Source: Monocercomonoides exilis PA203 | Taxonomy: Eukaryota > Protista > Preaxostyla | Direction of reading: 5' to 3' | Length of the DNA: 64,000 nucleotides | Assembly (NCBI GenBank): GCA_001643675.2 | Contig: LSRY02000051.1 | Location: forward strand, 575,646-639,645 | Shown here: one piece after another, positions 24,580 through 37,600 of the stretch | Layout of the letters: each line of letters opens with the position of its first letter | Numbering within the stretch: position 1 is the first letter of the stretch | Notes under the pieces: model-generated | What the model was told of the DNA's origin: nothing | The model's input: only the letters and a program-made list of their open reading frames with translations | Database searches by the model: none | Position numbers and translations under genes: made by a program

Positions 24580-26300
24580 AAATATCTCTGTGAAGAAAGG
24601 CAGCATGCACGGGTGATCACACATAATGGAAACAAATTCTCCACTCTGGGAGCCTCCAATGGAATGAACCTCTTCCCCACCTTTCAGTTAGAATTTCTTC
24701 CCTAACCAGGAAAACAGAGAGTCTGGAAGATCCATATAATTTCTATGGAACTCTGCCAGCGAAGTCTTCTGCAGCGCAGCTGGAGCGGACGAGGTCAGAA
24801 GAGTGGAAGAAGCAAAAGAGAGCTTTAACAGGTGAACACTTGTTGAATGCAGCTCCGATGGTCAAACGCCAAGGAGCTGCTCACGTCATGGAATTGTGTA
24901 TTGAAGACTGCAATGGAGTGCATTAAAAGCTGTGAAGTATTGTGAGAAGGAGGCTTCTCGGAAGCTGCTTTGCTTTGACCTTTTGACTTGGATGAATGAG
25001 AAATTCGGAGCGAAGGGATGTGCAGGTACAAAAGACTGCGGATTTGCTGGAAAAATGAGCACACTTGCGAGAGGATGGCAGTGACGGACTGACCTGTTGA
25101 AACTGACCTGTCAGTGGAGCTGTCCTGAAGCTGAAAAGGAACAAATGTGTGTGTTCTGAATGATCGTTCGTTGATTAGCATTCTCCTGATTTTTTAGGAT
25201 GCGCTTCTTCAGCCTCTCCTGTCATCTTCATTATCGCACTCAACTTTATCATCATATTCTTCTTCCTCTTCTTCCTCTTCTTCCTTCTCCAAATCAATGA
25301 TCTGCCCTCTCTCCCTGGCTCCTCATTCATCCCCAAATCATTCGTAGACATTTCCACCTGTTCCACATCTTTTTCCACTTCCTCTGAACTTCTATCTGAA
25401 GTTATACCCAAATACCCATCTGCTTCTTCTTCTTCTTCTTCTGATCTCCTGTTCTCCTGTTGAATGCCATTGGATGGAGAAGAACTGCACACTTCAGATT
25501 TCATTGAATGCTGATTGTCTGCACCCTCCTCAACCTCAGCTTCTGCCCCCGCCTTCATTAACCTCAGCCGACTCAGCTCAAGCGCCTCCACAACCAGCAG
25601 CTCCATCGCTTCTTCCAGCTTTGCCTGCATCTTTTTTATTCTTTTCACAAACTTTCGGTGCGCTATCAGATACCAGCCTTTCACTCCATTTTCTTTTTCC
25701 TCCCTCTTCCTCTTCGCGCTCCTCCGGCACCGCAAGCGCAATCGCCGCTGGAGACAGAACCACATCCTCCGTCCTCAGCCCCACCTCTGACAGCCCCTTC
25801 TTCACAATCTCCCCCACTTCACACACTGCGACCCCTCACCCCATCATTTCCTTGTCAAACTTCATCATCACATGTCACGACTGCAGTAATCGCCATATCT
25901 GCAGTGGAGAGTCAAGCAGATCGTACATCAGCAGGAGCACATTCACATCTTCCTCTGCAAAGATCCGCTTGCTCACCGACTTCGTTCCCATCAAAGATGA
26001 AAGCAACGGAAGCTGCCCCACCAGCGGAACCGAAAGCATCGCTGAAAGCTCCACATCGTATGCACACACAACACCCCCATGCAGCACCGCCCGCCGAGCC
26101 ACAACATATCCCAGCAGCGTCTGCAGCGCCCGTGGCTACAGCAGCAGCAGCAGCGACAGCGGCATGTGCCGCCCATACACCCCAGCTGCCTCTGGCACCA
26201 CAATCCGAAGCCGCCTCTTGAAGTCGTCCATCGCTCCTGCTGGTGCGTATGATGCTGCCACCATCACCGAGGCATTCGATGGATAAATCGCAGGCGCTGA
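24580..26300 (-). pseudogene. IQCH-like (IQ motif containing H) pseudogene fragment
   Basis: RRLRIVVPEAAGVYGRHMPLSLLLLL*PRALQTL...DVELSAMLSVPLVG...GTKSVSKRIFAEEDVNV...YDL resembles the IQCH core. In-frame TAG at 26136-26138, TGA at 25875, and frameshifts. Confidence 0.65.
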
Positions 26301-27328
26301 TGAAGATACGGATGATTTATTACCCCTTTGGCATTCTTCTCTTTTCTTCCCGACATCTAGATTGCAGAGCCAAATTAGAGTTATGCTCCAGTTGGAGAAG
26401 AAGATGAGGATAGAGAAAGTGATAAAGGAACTGAGCGAAGCTTTAACTGCAGTGAATGATCATCCTCCATAAGTTTTTCAGTTACCCCCACAACGTCTGT
26501 CGATAGCTCTTCCTAAACAGAAACACAGCATCCCCGTCAGGATCAGAAATATAGATAATCGGACAATGCTCACCGTTTTCGTGCGATAAGAACTTTTAAA
26601 CCATTTCTTCTCCTTGTAATGAATGAAAGTGAAAAGAAAAAGATAAGAAAAAAGCAAAAGAGAAAATTTCCTCCACAAAAGATGTGATTCGTCATTTGAT
26701 TCAAAAAATGATTAATATCATTTTGAATTTTTGATTTCAAACCTTTTGATATTTTAATTGCAGATTTTATTCAATTTTAATTAAACATATGTAATCGATA
26801 AATATATTCAAATTCTTGAATTTTATTTTTCAATCATGAGCATTGAAACGTTAAAATTTTCATGATCATTAACTTTCAAAAATATAACACAAAATATACA
26901 ACTTTTCACTTTTTCGTTTTTTCAACTCATTGAAATGTTCAAATGGTTATAATTATTCAAAAAATCAAAATGTCTATTTGAATAAACGAAACAAAAAAGG
27001 TCTATATTTGTGGAAATAATTGTTTACCACAAGTTACAACTGACTGTTTATTATTTAAATAAAAAATGAAAAGTTAGTAAAAAGATTATATGAAATAGAT
27101 GAATTTGAAGCTTCATATTTTATAATGCCTTTTAAAAAAATACAATAAGAAATGATAAACAATATATGATGGGATAGGAATGATCGATATTTTTTGATCA
27201 ATTGTGATCTTTTGTGGGACAACATTAAAGAAGAGGAACTTTTCAAAAAAATTTTGCCATATTTTAGCAGAAATTTTAGAACCGAAATTTCTGAAATGAA
27301 AGAAAATGATTTCAAAAATAATTTCCCA

Positions 27329-27702
27329 TTTGCAAACGAATTTAAAAAATTTTCAAACAAAATAGTAATTTTTGCATACGAATTAATAATAACTTAAAAC
27401 CTATCAAAATTTTCTTTTCTCTCTCATGATATTTTGTGATGGTCAGTTTTTCACTTTGGAAACGGAAATTATTTTGTGTTTTTATGATTTTCATGTGTAT
27501 GAGAAATTTTTATGATATAATTCATTTTTTCCTGAAAATTATTATTATATCAAATAATTTTAATTCCTATGAAAACAGAAGATATTTTCATTTTGAATTC
27601 AAAAATTTTTATTTCGTTTGAAAATTTTCCATTTCAAACACAAAAATTATAAATTGGAATGCAAAATTATTTTGTTAGAAAAATTTTTAACTCGTTTGCA
27701 AA
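27329..27702. repeat. Decayed inverted repeat pair (~60-bp arms), probable old foldback or MITE
   Basis: TTTGCAAACGAATTTAAAAAATTTTCAAACAAAATAGTAATTTTTGCAT at 27329 resembles the reverse complement of 27659-27702. Confidence 0.5.
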
Positions 27703-28666
27703 ATTGTTAATTGGTTTGCAAAAATTCTCATTTTGAATAATTTTTGGTGTATTAATAAAAAAAGGTAAAAAAGCATGATAATTGTTATTCAAAACAAATG
27801 TTTCAGCTGAATAATAGACAACAATTTCTTTTATTCGCCTTTTTGCTTTTCTATTTTCATTTGATTTTATTCGAGAGAAATGTTCGAATCGTCATTTTTG
27901 TGTGAAAAAACATGATTTCAGAAATAATCATACAAGTGTCAAACGTAATTAAAAGAAATTGAACGATATAATTATTTTGGCTCTTTTTTGTGTCACCTTT
28001 TCGTTTTTTTGACTAATTATCAAACAGAAATATATGATGCAAAAAACATGTATTTGTATGTGATGACCCGATCAAATAAAACAAAAATAGCATCCCAATA
28101 CCAAAAATGTAAATGAATAATCACACATTTATTTACAAGCTTCATATTTTTATAAAATTTTGAGAAAAGGAGGCATTTTAAAATATCAATAAGAAATATG
28201 CATTTTGAAATTTTTTTAAAATTGAAAAAACAGCTCGAAGCATATGAAATGATGGCTATTGATATGTTTGAAACTGCACATAGCAGTTAAAAACTTATCT
28301 GTCCGAGCTATTTCTTCTTCTTCTTCTTCTTCTTCCGAAAATTATAATAAAAGAGAACCAATAAAATTTGTGGCCATTCTGCAATTGTATGGATCAAAGG
28401 AGCAACACCACTATCCATTTCATCCGGCCAAATAAAAACTTTTCCCCACACAACACGCATATCCCCAATTCATTTAAAGAAATCCAATCTCTTTCTCCGT
28501 TTGGTGTTCAAAGCAGGCAAGGTTTGTTACTGACAGGTGTGCGTAATACTGGTTCCAACAACTCCAATGCAACATGCTCCATTTATTAACAGACCACAGC
28601 TTGGGCTTTTGGCTGTCAAAGCGACCATTTCTCTTTATTGGCTTCGAGCTTGTAACTTCTTCTTTT

Positions 28667-31600
28667 TCATCGATCTCGAATGGTTGTTGGTTCAGTCGTC
28701 CAGCCTTCTGTTTCACTTTCTGTTTCACTTTCTGCTCCGCTTCTCGCATTGTTCGGGTTCTCGGTGAATAGTGCATCTGCAATCGTGAATATGAACGCAT
28801 CTTTCGGGAGATGTTGCACAAACACTTTCTTCAAATCCACAAGCGAAGGCCGCTCGCTCTCTTCGCTCGACAAGCAGCCTCTTGCCACATAGCAGAATTC
28901 ACTTCCCTCTACATGCTTCATATTCGGCCTCTCCTCATTTAAGATTTTCTGCCCAGCCACTTCTGCCTCATAATCACCAAACGGAATCTGCAGCGTCAAA
29001 CACTCCCACAGCATCATTCCTATCGAAAACACAACTGATTCCTTTGTTGCTCCCATCTTCTTGTTGATCAGCAGCTCAGGCGCCTTCCACCTCAGGCACT
29101 CTTTTTTGAAACTATCTTCATCCTCAAAGGCAGATGAGGGCAGAGAGTCTTCATCATCATCATTGCCACTGGCAGATGTTACAACTGTTGATGATGAGAT
29201 GGAAGAAGAGTCTGAATCATCGGATGAAAGGAAATCGGAATGCATCACAATGCAGATCACCATGTGTTCAGAAAACAACACAATGTGAGGACTGAGATTG
29301 GCCAATGACTGAAGCTTGTTTTCCATTTCATCAAATGAGTGAAGAGCGAGATTAGCCACCCAGAACAGGATTTGAGCAGCTGTTTGCTCTCTTTCTTTCA
29401 AGGAGCCAATCGGCATCTCCTTTGTCTTGTTGCTCCCATGCAGCAGCATGAACAAAGAATCCCTCAGATCCACAATCAGCTTCTCATGAGGCGATGAACA
29501 GGCCATTGCATCCACCAGATTCGACATTGATGAAGTGGTTGGGCACATACTCTCCGATCGAACAAATGTTGAATCTGAATCAGTTGTCGAAGTGGTGGAA
29601 GTGGATGAAATGGATGGAGAAGGAGATCTCTTTCTCACCTCTTCCTCATCTTCCTTCTCCAATGCCCATTCTGGAATCTTGTCTGAATCCTTTCCAAGGA
29701 TATATTCAGTGGAACCACTCTCACTCAACAAATGCTCCGATGACTCTGAATGTTGCATATTCGTCTCATACACCCTCTTCTTCATCCTCTCATCATTCTT
29801 CTTCTCTGCCTCCCTCTCTGCTCTCCTCCATTGCTCTTCAGGTGACATCTCCATCGTCACCATCTCAATCAGCTTTGGATCTTTTCTGATATTATCATTC
29901 ACAATCTCTCTCAGATCTTCGGCTTCATTCTTCACTTTTCTCCAACGAACAGTAGAAATCACAGCAATCATCAAAACAACAAAAAGAACAATTGCCATAA
30001 CAATTACAACCAGAATCCACCACGACTTCTTCTCATTTCCACCTTCAACGATCCTTTCATCTCCTTTTTGTTCCGGCTCACTTCTATTCTTCAGAATGAA
30101 TGACTGGGTTGATGAGGGAGAATCGGCATTCCCAAACAGAACGCATAAACTAACTTCAGTCTCTTCTCTCACATTCTCCAATTGTGAAGATGTTGCGACT
30201 GTTTGTATTTCATTTTCTGAAGAAAATCCATCTTTGTTTATCTCGTGGAGTTCAATGAATTCCTCGTCTCCACTTGTGAAGCACAATTTCAAGGTCAGGT
30301 TGCAAGGAAGAAGAAGCTCCCCAAACAGGGTCAGATTTGTTGCACCAGAGGATATTGGTGAGCTCTTCACTTCATGCAGCACAGGGATAAACAGTGCCGA
30401 TGGTCTCTCGCTGGCTATTCCGCTCAGCTCACATCCGTCATTCAAGATCCACAATGAGGAATCTGGCAAAACTCCATCCCCTGCTTTCACACTTGCCATA
30501 TCGAGCTTGGTCGAATCAGAGCACAAAATATTTCTTCGAGCTGAAGGATACAGCTCAATCGCTGGATTGTTGTTCACAAACTCGCCTTTCTCGATTCTCA
30601 TTGTTCCCCCTCTTGCTGAAAGGCCACCATCATCAGAGTTTGTGAAAGTCGTGTCACTTATCACTGATTTGCTTTGAACCACATCCACAAGCGATCCGTT
30701 CCATTCGCAAATGAAGGGATCGACATTGCTCATGTGCGGCCCATCTGTTTCTATTTGCTTTTCTCCATCAAACAGGCATCCTTTAATCTCTATATCTTTG
30801 CAAAACGACAAAGAAGCAATGCTTCCCGTTGTTTTGCGTGTTTGGCATCTTGCAAACGAGCAATTGGACAATTTCGCAATGGAGTCAAATCGTTCAATTC
30901 CAATTACGCTTGCATCCTCTCCCACACATGTGATATTCTCAATGAAAGAAAGCGACAAAGAAAATGAAGCTGATGAAGTCTCTTCATTCAAACTCTTGCT
31001 CTCGCCTCCATTGACTGCAATAAAGCATCCACTGCGCACTTCCACTCCATTTACATCCAAATTCTCCATCTTCACTGATGCATTTCCACTGATCTGCACA
31101 AAATCCTTTTCAACTTCCACATTTTTGACAACAAGATTGTTGACTTCCGTCGACTTCTTGATACAGACGGCAGCGTCGCATTCAAACGAAAGCGAAGAAA
31201 TGTTCACCTTGTTCAGGAAACATTCGCCTCCATCGATTGAGAGCAGACAAAATGGAAGAGATCTTTTTGATCCTCCAAGCAAGTTTCCTGCCTCGAATGA
31301 ACATGCATTTAGTGTTGCCTTGCCAGAGTCAACCTTCAAGAAAGAAGTGCGCTCTGTTTGCAACACAATCTCAAATACGAACAGAAGGGATTGTAGCTGC
31401 ACATTGCCACTTGTGCGAACCACGAAATCCTCAGATCCCTTTATTTCTCCTTTCACAGTCACAATGCTGCCATTCTCCTGCAATCCCCTTAGCGTCAATG
31501 TCTCGAGCACAACTTCTTCGTCCACAATTGACTCCTCATCGACAAACAGCTGACTGAAAAAATCATGAGTCAGATGCCGCAGCCCAAACCCGATTGTGGC

Positions 31601-34600
31601 ACATGGCAGCTTCGGTTTTCCACACTGCTGCTCATTGCTCCCTCCGTTCCCTTCTTTGCTCGATACCACAATGGTGTCAGATTGATACTTCACAATCAGA
31701 CTCATCAGATCCAGCGCCTTCTCCTTGTAATCAACCTCGTCCATCCCGAATATTGAATTTTGTTTGATGAATTCTTCATCGCGGAAGTCGAGGTTGAACT
31801 GCGTTTCGTTGATCTGGCTTTCAATGTGGTGGCACTCGATGAACACGTCATTTCCAACTTTCGCTGTGTTTCTTCTGAAAGTCACGTTATCAAACACAAA
31901 CTTCAGTTCTCCATTCAGTCTGGTGGAAAGATACACGCCTCCTCCTTTTCCCTCGCTCGCTGAGCATCCACATAGCCTGACACTTGCATTCTTCAGCTTG
32001 AATGATCCTTCTTCATTCAGCGCGAATAGAATTGCACCTCCCTTTGTGCTTCCACCTGCGCAACACTCTTCCAGCGCAGACGATTCAATATTAACTTTCA
32101 CTCCACAAGTGCATGTGCTGCATATCAAACTTGCATCTGTGTCTTTCACATTCACTGAGGAGAAAGTGCAATTCTTTGCAACAACTTCGCCCACATCATT
32201 TCTTTCGTTGTTTTTGTGGTCTCTGCTTTCATCTTGCACCTTCACCAGACTTCCACATTCAGCTTTTGTTTGTGAAACACTGCATTCATCAAACAAGCTC
32301 TGGACTCCCGAAAGAATCACAAAAACACTTTGCTTCGCTTCAAACGATGTGATCATGCACTTCCATAAACGCAAAATTCCCTTTTTCGCAAAGCATAGAG
32401 CAGCATTATCCATTTCATCTTCGATTCCATTGGTTGACAGTGAGCAATCGTCAAATTCAAGCATTTCACCATCGCTTTCGAATATGCCTGTTTTTCCATT
32501 TGGCTGCAAGCGATATGTGCAAACGTCAAGTGCTCTCAGTGAAAGAGTTATGCTGTTGCTTATCCATACAGACACTATTCTTTCTTCTTTGCTCCCAATT
32601 TCAAGAGCAGAACGCACAACTTCATCTCCTCCTGAACCTTGGGGCTCAACAACCAGCCCAGACAAATCGCATGAACCTTCCACGCTTGCCTTTTCTTTGA
32701 TTTCCACAGTCTTGCTGCTTGCATCTCCGACAATATGCTTCAGCCCCATCCACATCGACTTGCAAGGATCTTCATCGCTTCCACATCTCGCAACATCGTC
32801 TCCTTCTTCCCACACAACCACAACTGAATTGCTGTATTCAATCAGAAATCTGAGGAGATCCGTGTTGTTCCGCTTCTCATCAGTTCCCACAAACAAATTC
32901 GAGTTGTCGTTCAACCCATCAACGCTGAATGCAAATGTCTGATTTGTCACCGATTCATTCAGATCGTTGCTGAGGATAAATATGTTTTTGCCAAGAAATG
33001 CGTCATTGCCTTCGAAATTAACATTTGTAAACATAAAAGAAAGATCAGAAGCTGCCTGTTTGTTGTTCAAGAAGAGGCAACCTCCCTTGCCAGAATTGCT
33101 CGTTTCAGCAGCACATCCTTTTATCTCACAACTACTCACTTCAAACAAACAACTTCCAGATAGGTTAATGTTTATCGCTCCACCTGTGTTGCTTGCAATT
33201 GACTTCACATTCGTCATATTACACTGTTCCATCTCAATTGCATTTTTTGCATCTTCGCTGAAAAGAACTGCGCAATCTGTATTTGCATTGGACAAATCTG
33301 CAAATGTGCAGTTGCTGAAGCTAACTATTGGATCGTGGGATTCTTCATTTTCAGCTCCAAGAAGTGACAATTCCAACACAGGCTTTGCTGTTCTTATGTT
33401 GTGAATGGTTGTCCAATTCATAATCAGTGTTGCTCCACTGCATCGCATTATGGAGTATTGAATCTCTTCGCTCGACTCTTCCTGCATTTCAAAGATGCAT
33501 TTCTGAACTTCCAATACTCCGTTTTGTGATGTTGAACTGATCAAAGTGTGCTTTGTTTCATCAAAGCGTTTTGGAAACTGAAGAACTGTGTTCATTATCA
33601 GAGTGTTTCCCTCAGAAATAATAACGCTGTCTGACTCTCCTCCAATTATTGACTTTATTATCACAATGATTTGGCTATTTGCTTTTGTTTCGACACTCAT
33701 ACCTGTCAGATCGGTCTCCTGCTCTATTGCTGAGCGTCCAGAGAGTGTTATTCGTTTCTCATCACCTGCAAGTCTGCGAACTCCATAATCCACACTTGCA
33801 CATGGGCACACTTCCATGCCACACCATATTCCATTATCTCCTGTCAGCCCATCCACTTCAATGACCAACGAGCTGTAACCTTCGAGGAAGATGAGAAGAT
33901 CAACATCATTTTCGAACTTTGATCTGTCTTTCCCCATCAGCGAGTTGTTCCTCTCAGTGATCTTTGCGTAAAATGAAAACGTTGATGCTGTCACAGTCTT
34001 TCTCAAGTCTTGGCAGACAAGATACACATCTCTCCCACATCTTGCTTCATTCCCTTCCACATTCATTCCGGCCAAATCAAATCTCGATGATTCACCCTCA
34101 AATCCCAGCCAGAGTCCTCCTCCATGTCCACTTCCATCTCCTTGCTCCGTTCTTCCAGCAATGCATCTCTTTATTGATGTGGCATCGCTTGTTAAACTGA
34201 TTCTTAATTCGGCGCTGCCTCTCATATTCAGCTTCAATCCTCCTCCATTCCCTCTTTCTGCAACACAGTCTTCAATGGTTGTGTTTTCCACAACAACTCC
34301 ACCATAAGCAATCACTCCACCAATCAACCCTCCATCTCCTGTTTCCAAATTGATTCCGCTTCCATTGCAATTAATCACATGAATTTCATTTGCCTCGCTT
34401 GCCTTTATCAGCCCAGAATCTGTGAATTGACAAGTACTCCAATTACACATGCTCAATCTCAGAACACAACTGCTTCCTGCATAAATCAAGCTGCATCCTT
34501 CCGTGCTGCATTCGTTGGCATTCATTTCATTTACAATGAATGATCCTCCATTTGCAATCTCAATAAATCCATTTTCACGGGATAATGAGATATTTCTCAG

Positions 34601-37600
34601 ATCGACATTTTCAATCACAAATTGAGATGCGTCTCCGCTTGCAGTGAACCCAGATTTCATAAATTTCATTGAGTCCAATTCCAGTGATGACACTTTCACT
34701 GTTCCTCTTTCCACAGCAAACAACGAGTATTGTATCGCATTCACACCAGTCGAAAATTGAAATCCACACTGATTGAATTCCAACGTGTCTTTTTTCAAGT
34801 GAAACAGCGTTTCATGATACTGCAGAACTGAGGGCAAGCTCAACACAAGATTTCTCATTGTTGTTTTGTTCGAAACATCAAACAATCCCTTGCAGCTCTC
34901 TTCTGCACACGATGCTTCTCCGTGGATCACAAGCAACCCCCCATCTTCGGCTGCATCAACATCTGTCTGTGTTTTGGAAAAGACAACAGTTTCACCAACA
35001 TCCACTGTGCTCTTAACAATAATGCTTATCGGAGAGCCATTCGCTCTATTCACCGTGAAGCTCAGCGTTCTGCATTTGAAAAACGAAAAACCACAACGAG
35101 GATGATCGTCACCAGAAGCAGACACTTGAATCCCACTTTGAGGCACATCTTGAGTGTAGCAAAGAATGGGGACGATGAGTGAAGTGTTGCTGGCATCGCC
35201 TATCCCTTCTGCATCACTCGCATCTTCATTCATTTGCAAGACAAATGCGAATCTCTCAACTGGGATCAACTCCAGATGATTTGATGCAATAAACACGTTC
35301 CTCCCATGTTCTGCATGATTTCCGTTGAACACCACATTCACAATCTCAAACGCATCACTTGATGAAGACAACGCCAGAAATAATCCTCCTCCTCTTCCAG
35401 TGTCACTCACTCCGCTTGGATTTCCATTCCCGTTCTCAGCCCCGCAATCATGAATCTCTGTTGCAGTGTTGCTTTGCCCAATCTTGAATGATCCTCCCTG
35501 CATCAGACTCCAATCGATACATCCTCCGTTTCCTTCACTGCATGAGCAGTTTTTGAACGTCACATTTTTTATCCAAATTGGATCGCTTCTTCCTCTTGAT
35601 GCCGAGAATATTCCACCATTTCCCTCTCCTTTTGAAATGTTGCAAAATGTCACATTCATCAGCATGCTTTCTTCCGCTCCACTCTCAACATATTCTTCAA
35701 AGAGCGAGCAACTTGACAAGGCAATATGCTCAACCAAGCAGTTGTCCATTTGAAACTTGGAAAATATGACGCGAAACAGAGGATTGCTCCAAATTCTTTC
35801 AGCTGTTTCGTCAAGCCCGGAAATGGTTACGCTTTTCAATGAAAGCATCTGTGAAGCAGAACCCATCGCAAACAGTGAAGCAGAAAAATCAGCGGAGTTG
35901 TGACGAATGGTAACAAGCGATATTTTCATCGATCCTGAAGTCAAAGTGAACAAGAATGATGAAGGATCCAGCGAGGATGTGTTAATGATGCAATTATCAG
36001 CACTTTCACCTTCAAATGAGGCTTCTCCCCCATCGATGATCATTGCCAACGGGGAATATATCGAATTCAAAATGTGAACGGTCACTTTTGCACCCCTTTC
36101 CAAGGTGTTGAATGCTTTTTCAATTGTTCCACACGGTTCGTTTAACGACAACCCACATATTGTTCCCGAGATCACATTCGCTCTGCAATATGTTGTGCGA
36201 ATTGTTGGAAGCCAACAATCAAATGCAGTTCCACTATCATTGTAATGCACTCGATTTTCTGGTGTTGTGGAATATGATGATTCAAACGGATTGACATTGA
36301 TTAATGAATTTGAGATTTTTATATCGTGTCCCTCGTTGCATCTGGCTTTGTTTTCAATGAAAAGACAAAAAGAGAATATGACAGGAGGAGGATCGTTATT
36401 CATCCATCCAGTTGAAGAGAGTGATATTCCTCCACCTCCACGGTCATTTGCTTCTCCTGTTCCATTTGCAATATTGTTCGAAAACAAGCAATCAGATAAT
36501 TCATATGAAAACGAATGGTGCTCACAAAAAATTCCTCCTCCAAAAGATCCAGCTTCATTGCTCTCAAATTTGCATTCATGAATCACTCCTTTCTCGGTTC
36601 CATGACTTTGATGCAAGCGTAATCCTCCTCCATAATTTTGAGTTGCAACGCATCTGTGAAAAACGCATTTTGATAAATGATAGTTTCCATTCAAACCATA
36701 AAGAATCATTCCTCCTGCAGTTGATAAAGATTCACATTTTGTGAAATTGCATTCTGTCATATTTACGCCCAATCCAAATTGAACATCAACAGCTCCATCA
36801 TTTTGTTGACTCATATTGCGAAAGCTACATCTTGTGCATTCAAGAGTCGAGCCACCCGTCAAATAGATTGAACTTCCAACACCTCCAACGTAAATGTCAT
36901 GCCATTCGCAATCAGTGAAAGTATTCGAATCATTTGAATCAAGTCTCTGCTGTGTCATATGTTTGTTATTTGATACAGCTATGTTTTCTTGACGGATACA
37001 GCTTTCGAAGGTGATGTTGAGTGCTGCAAGTGAAGAAGATGGACGGTTCACTGATCTTGTAATTCCCCCATCAATAACATCACTGACTCTATGAAAAATA
37101 CAACCATCGAGCGTTGTCCAAGTTGCAACTGATATCGTTGGGGATACAGACCGAACCGGAAATGTTGATGTGATGTTGTGCATTAAAAGGCAGGTGGCAG
37201 AAACTGAACAACAAATATCTGCTGCCAGGAGTGGAGTTTTTGACATCTCAAATGATGAAAGCAACGAATCGGAAAGAGAAATGAATGCTTCTTTGTGAAA
37301 TGACATTGCATCGGATGATGAACAGAATAAGCCTGGAATTGGTGCGAATGAGCGAATCGAGGAAATTGAAAGATTTTTAGCATCTGTCACTCCTCCATCA
37401 ATCACAAAAAAACTGTATTCAGAAGAAGAAATTGCAGCACAGCTCATGAGGAAAAGAATTGATTGCTCATTGATTCGAAAGAAAGATTTATTATTTGATG
37501 TTTTGAGAATGACACATGAGCATTCAAATGTTGTGTTTTGAACATTAAAAGATCCAATAATTATTCCTCTTTCAGCTCTTTCTCGAGCAGAAAGTGATAA

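Noticed and set aside
26136-26138. TAG read as Gln (variant code of some oxymonads)
   Set aside because: Conserved genes here end in TAA, very long ORFs lack internal TAR codons, and this locus has other lesions.
25474-26286. 270-aa plus-strand ORF
   Set aside because: Antisense shadow of the GC-rich IQCH-like pseudogene.
27875-27895. tRNA T-loop-like GTTCGAATC
   Set aside because: No T-stem or cloverleaf; AT-rich context.
29535-33404. Long plus-strand ORFs (380, 280, 392 aa)
   Set aside because: Antisense mirrors of the 3014-aa gene with no independent motifs.
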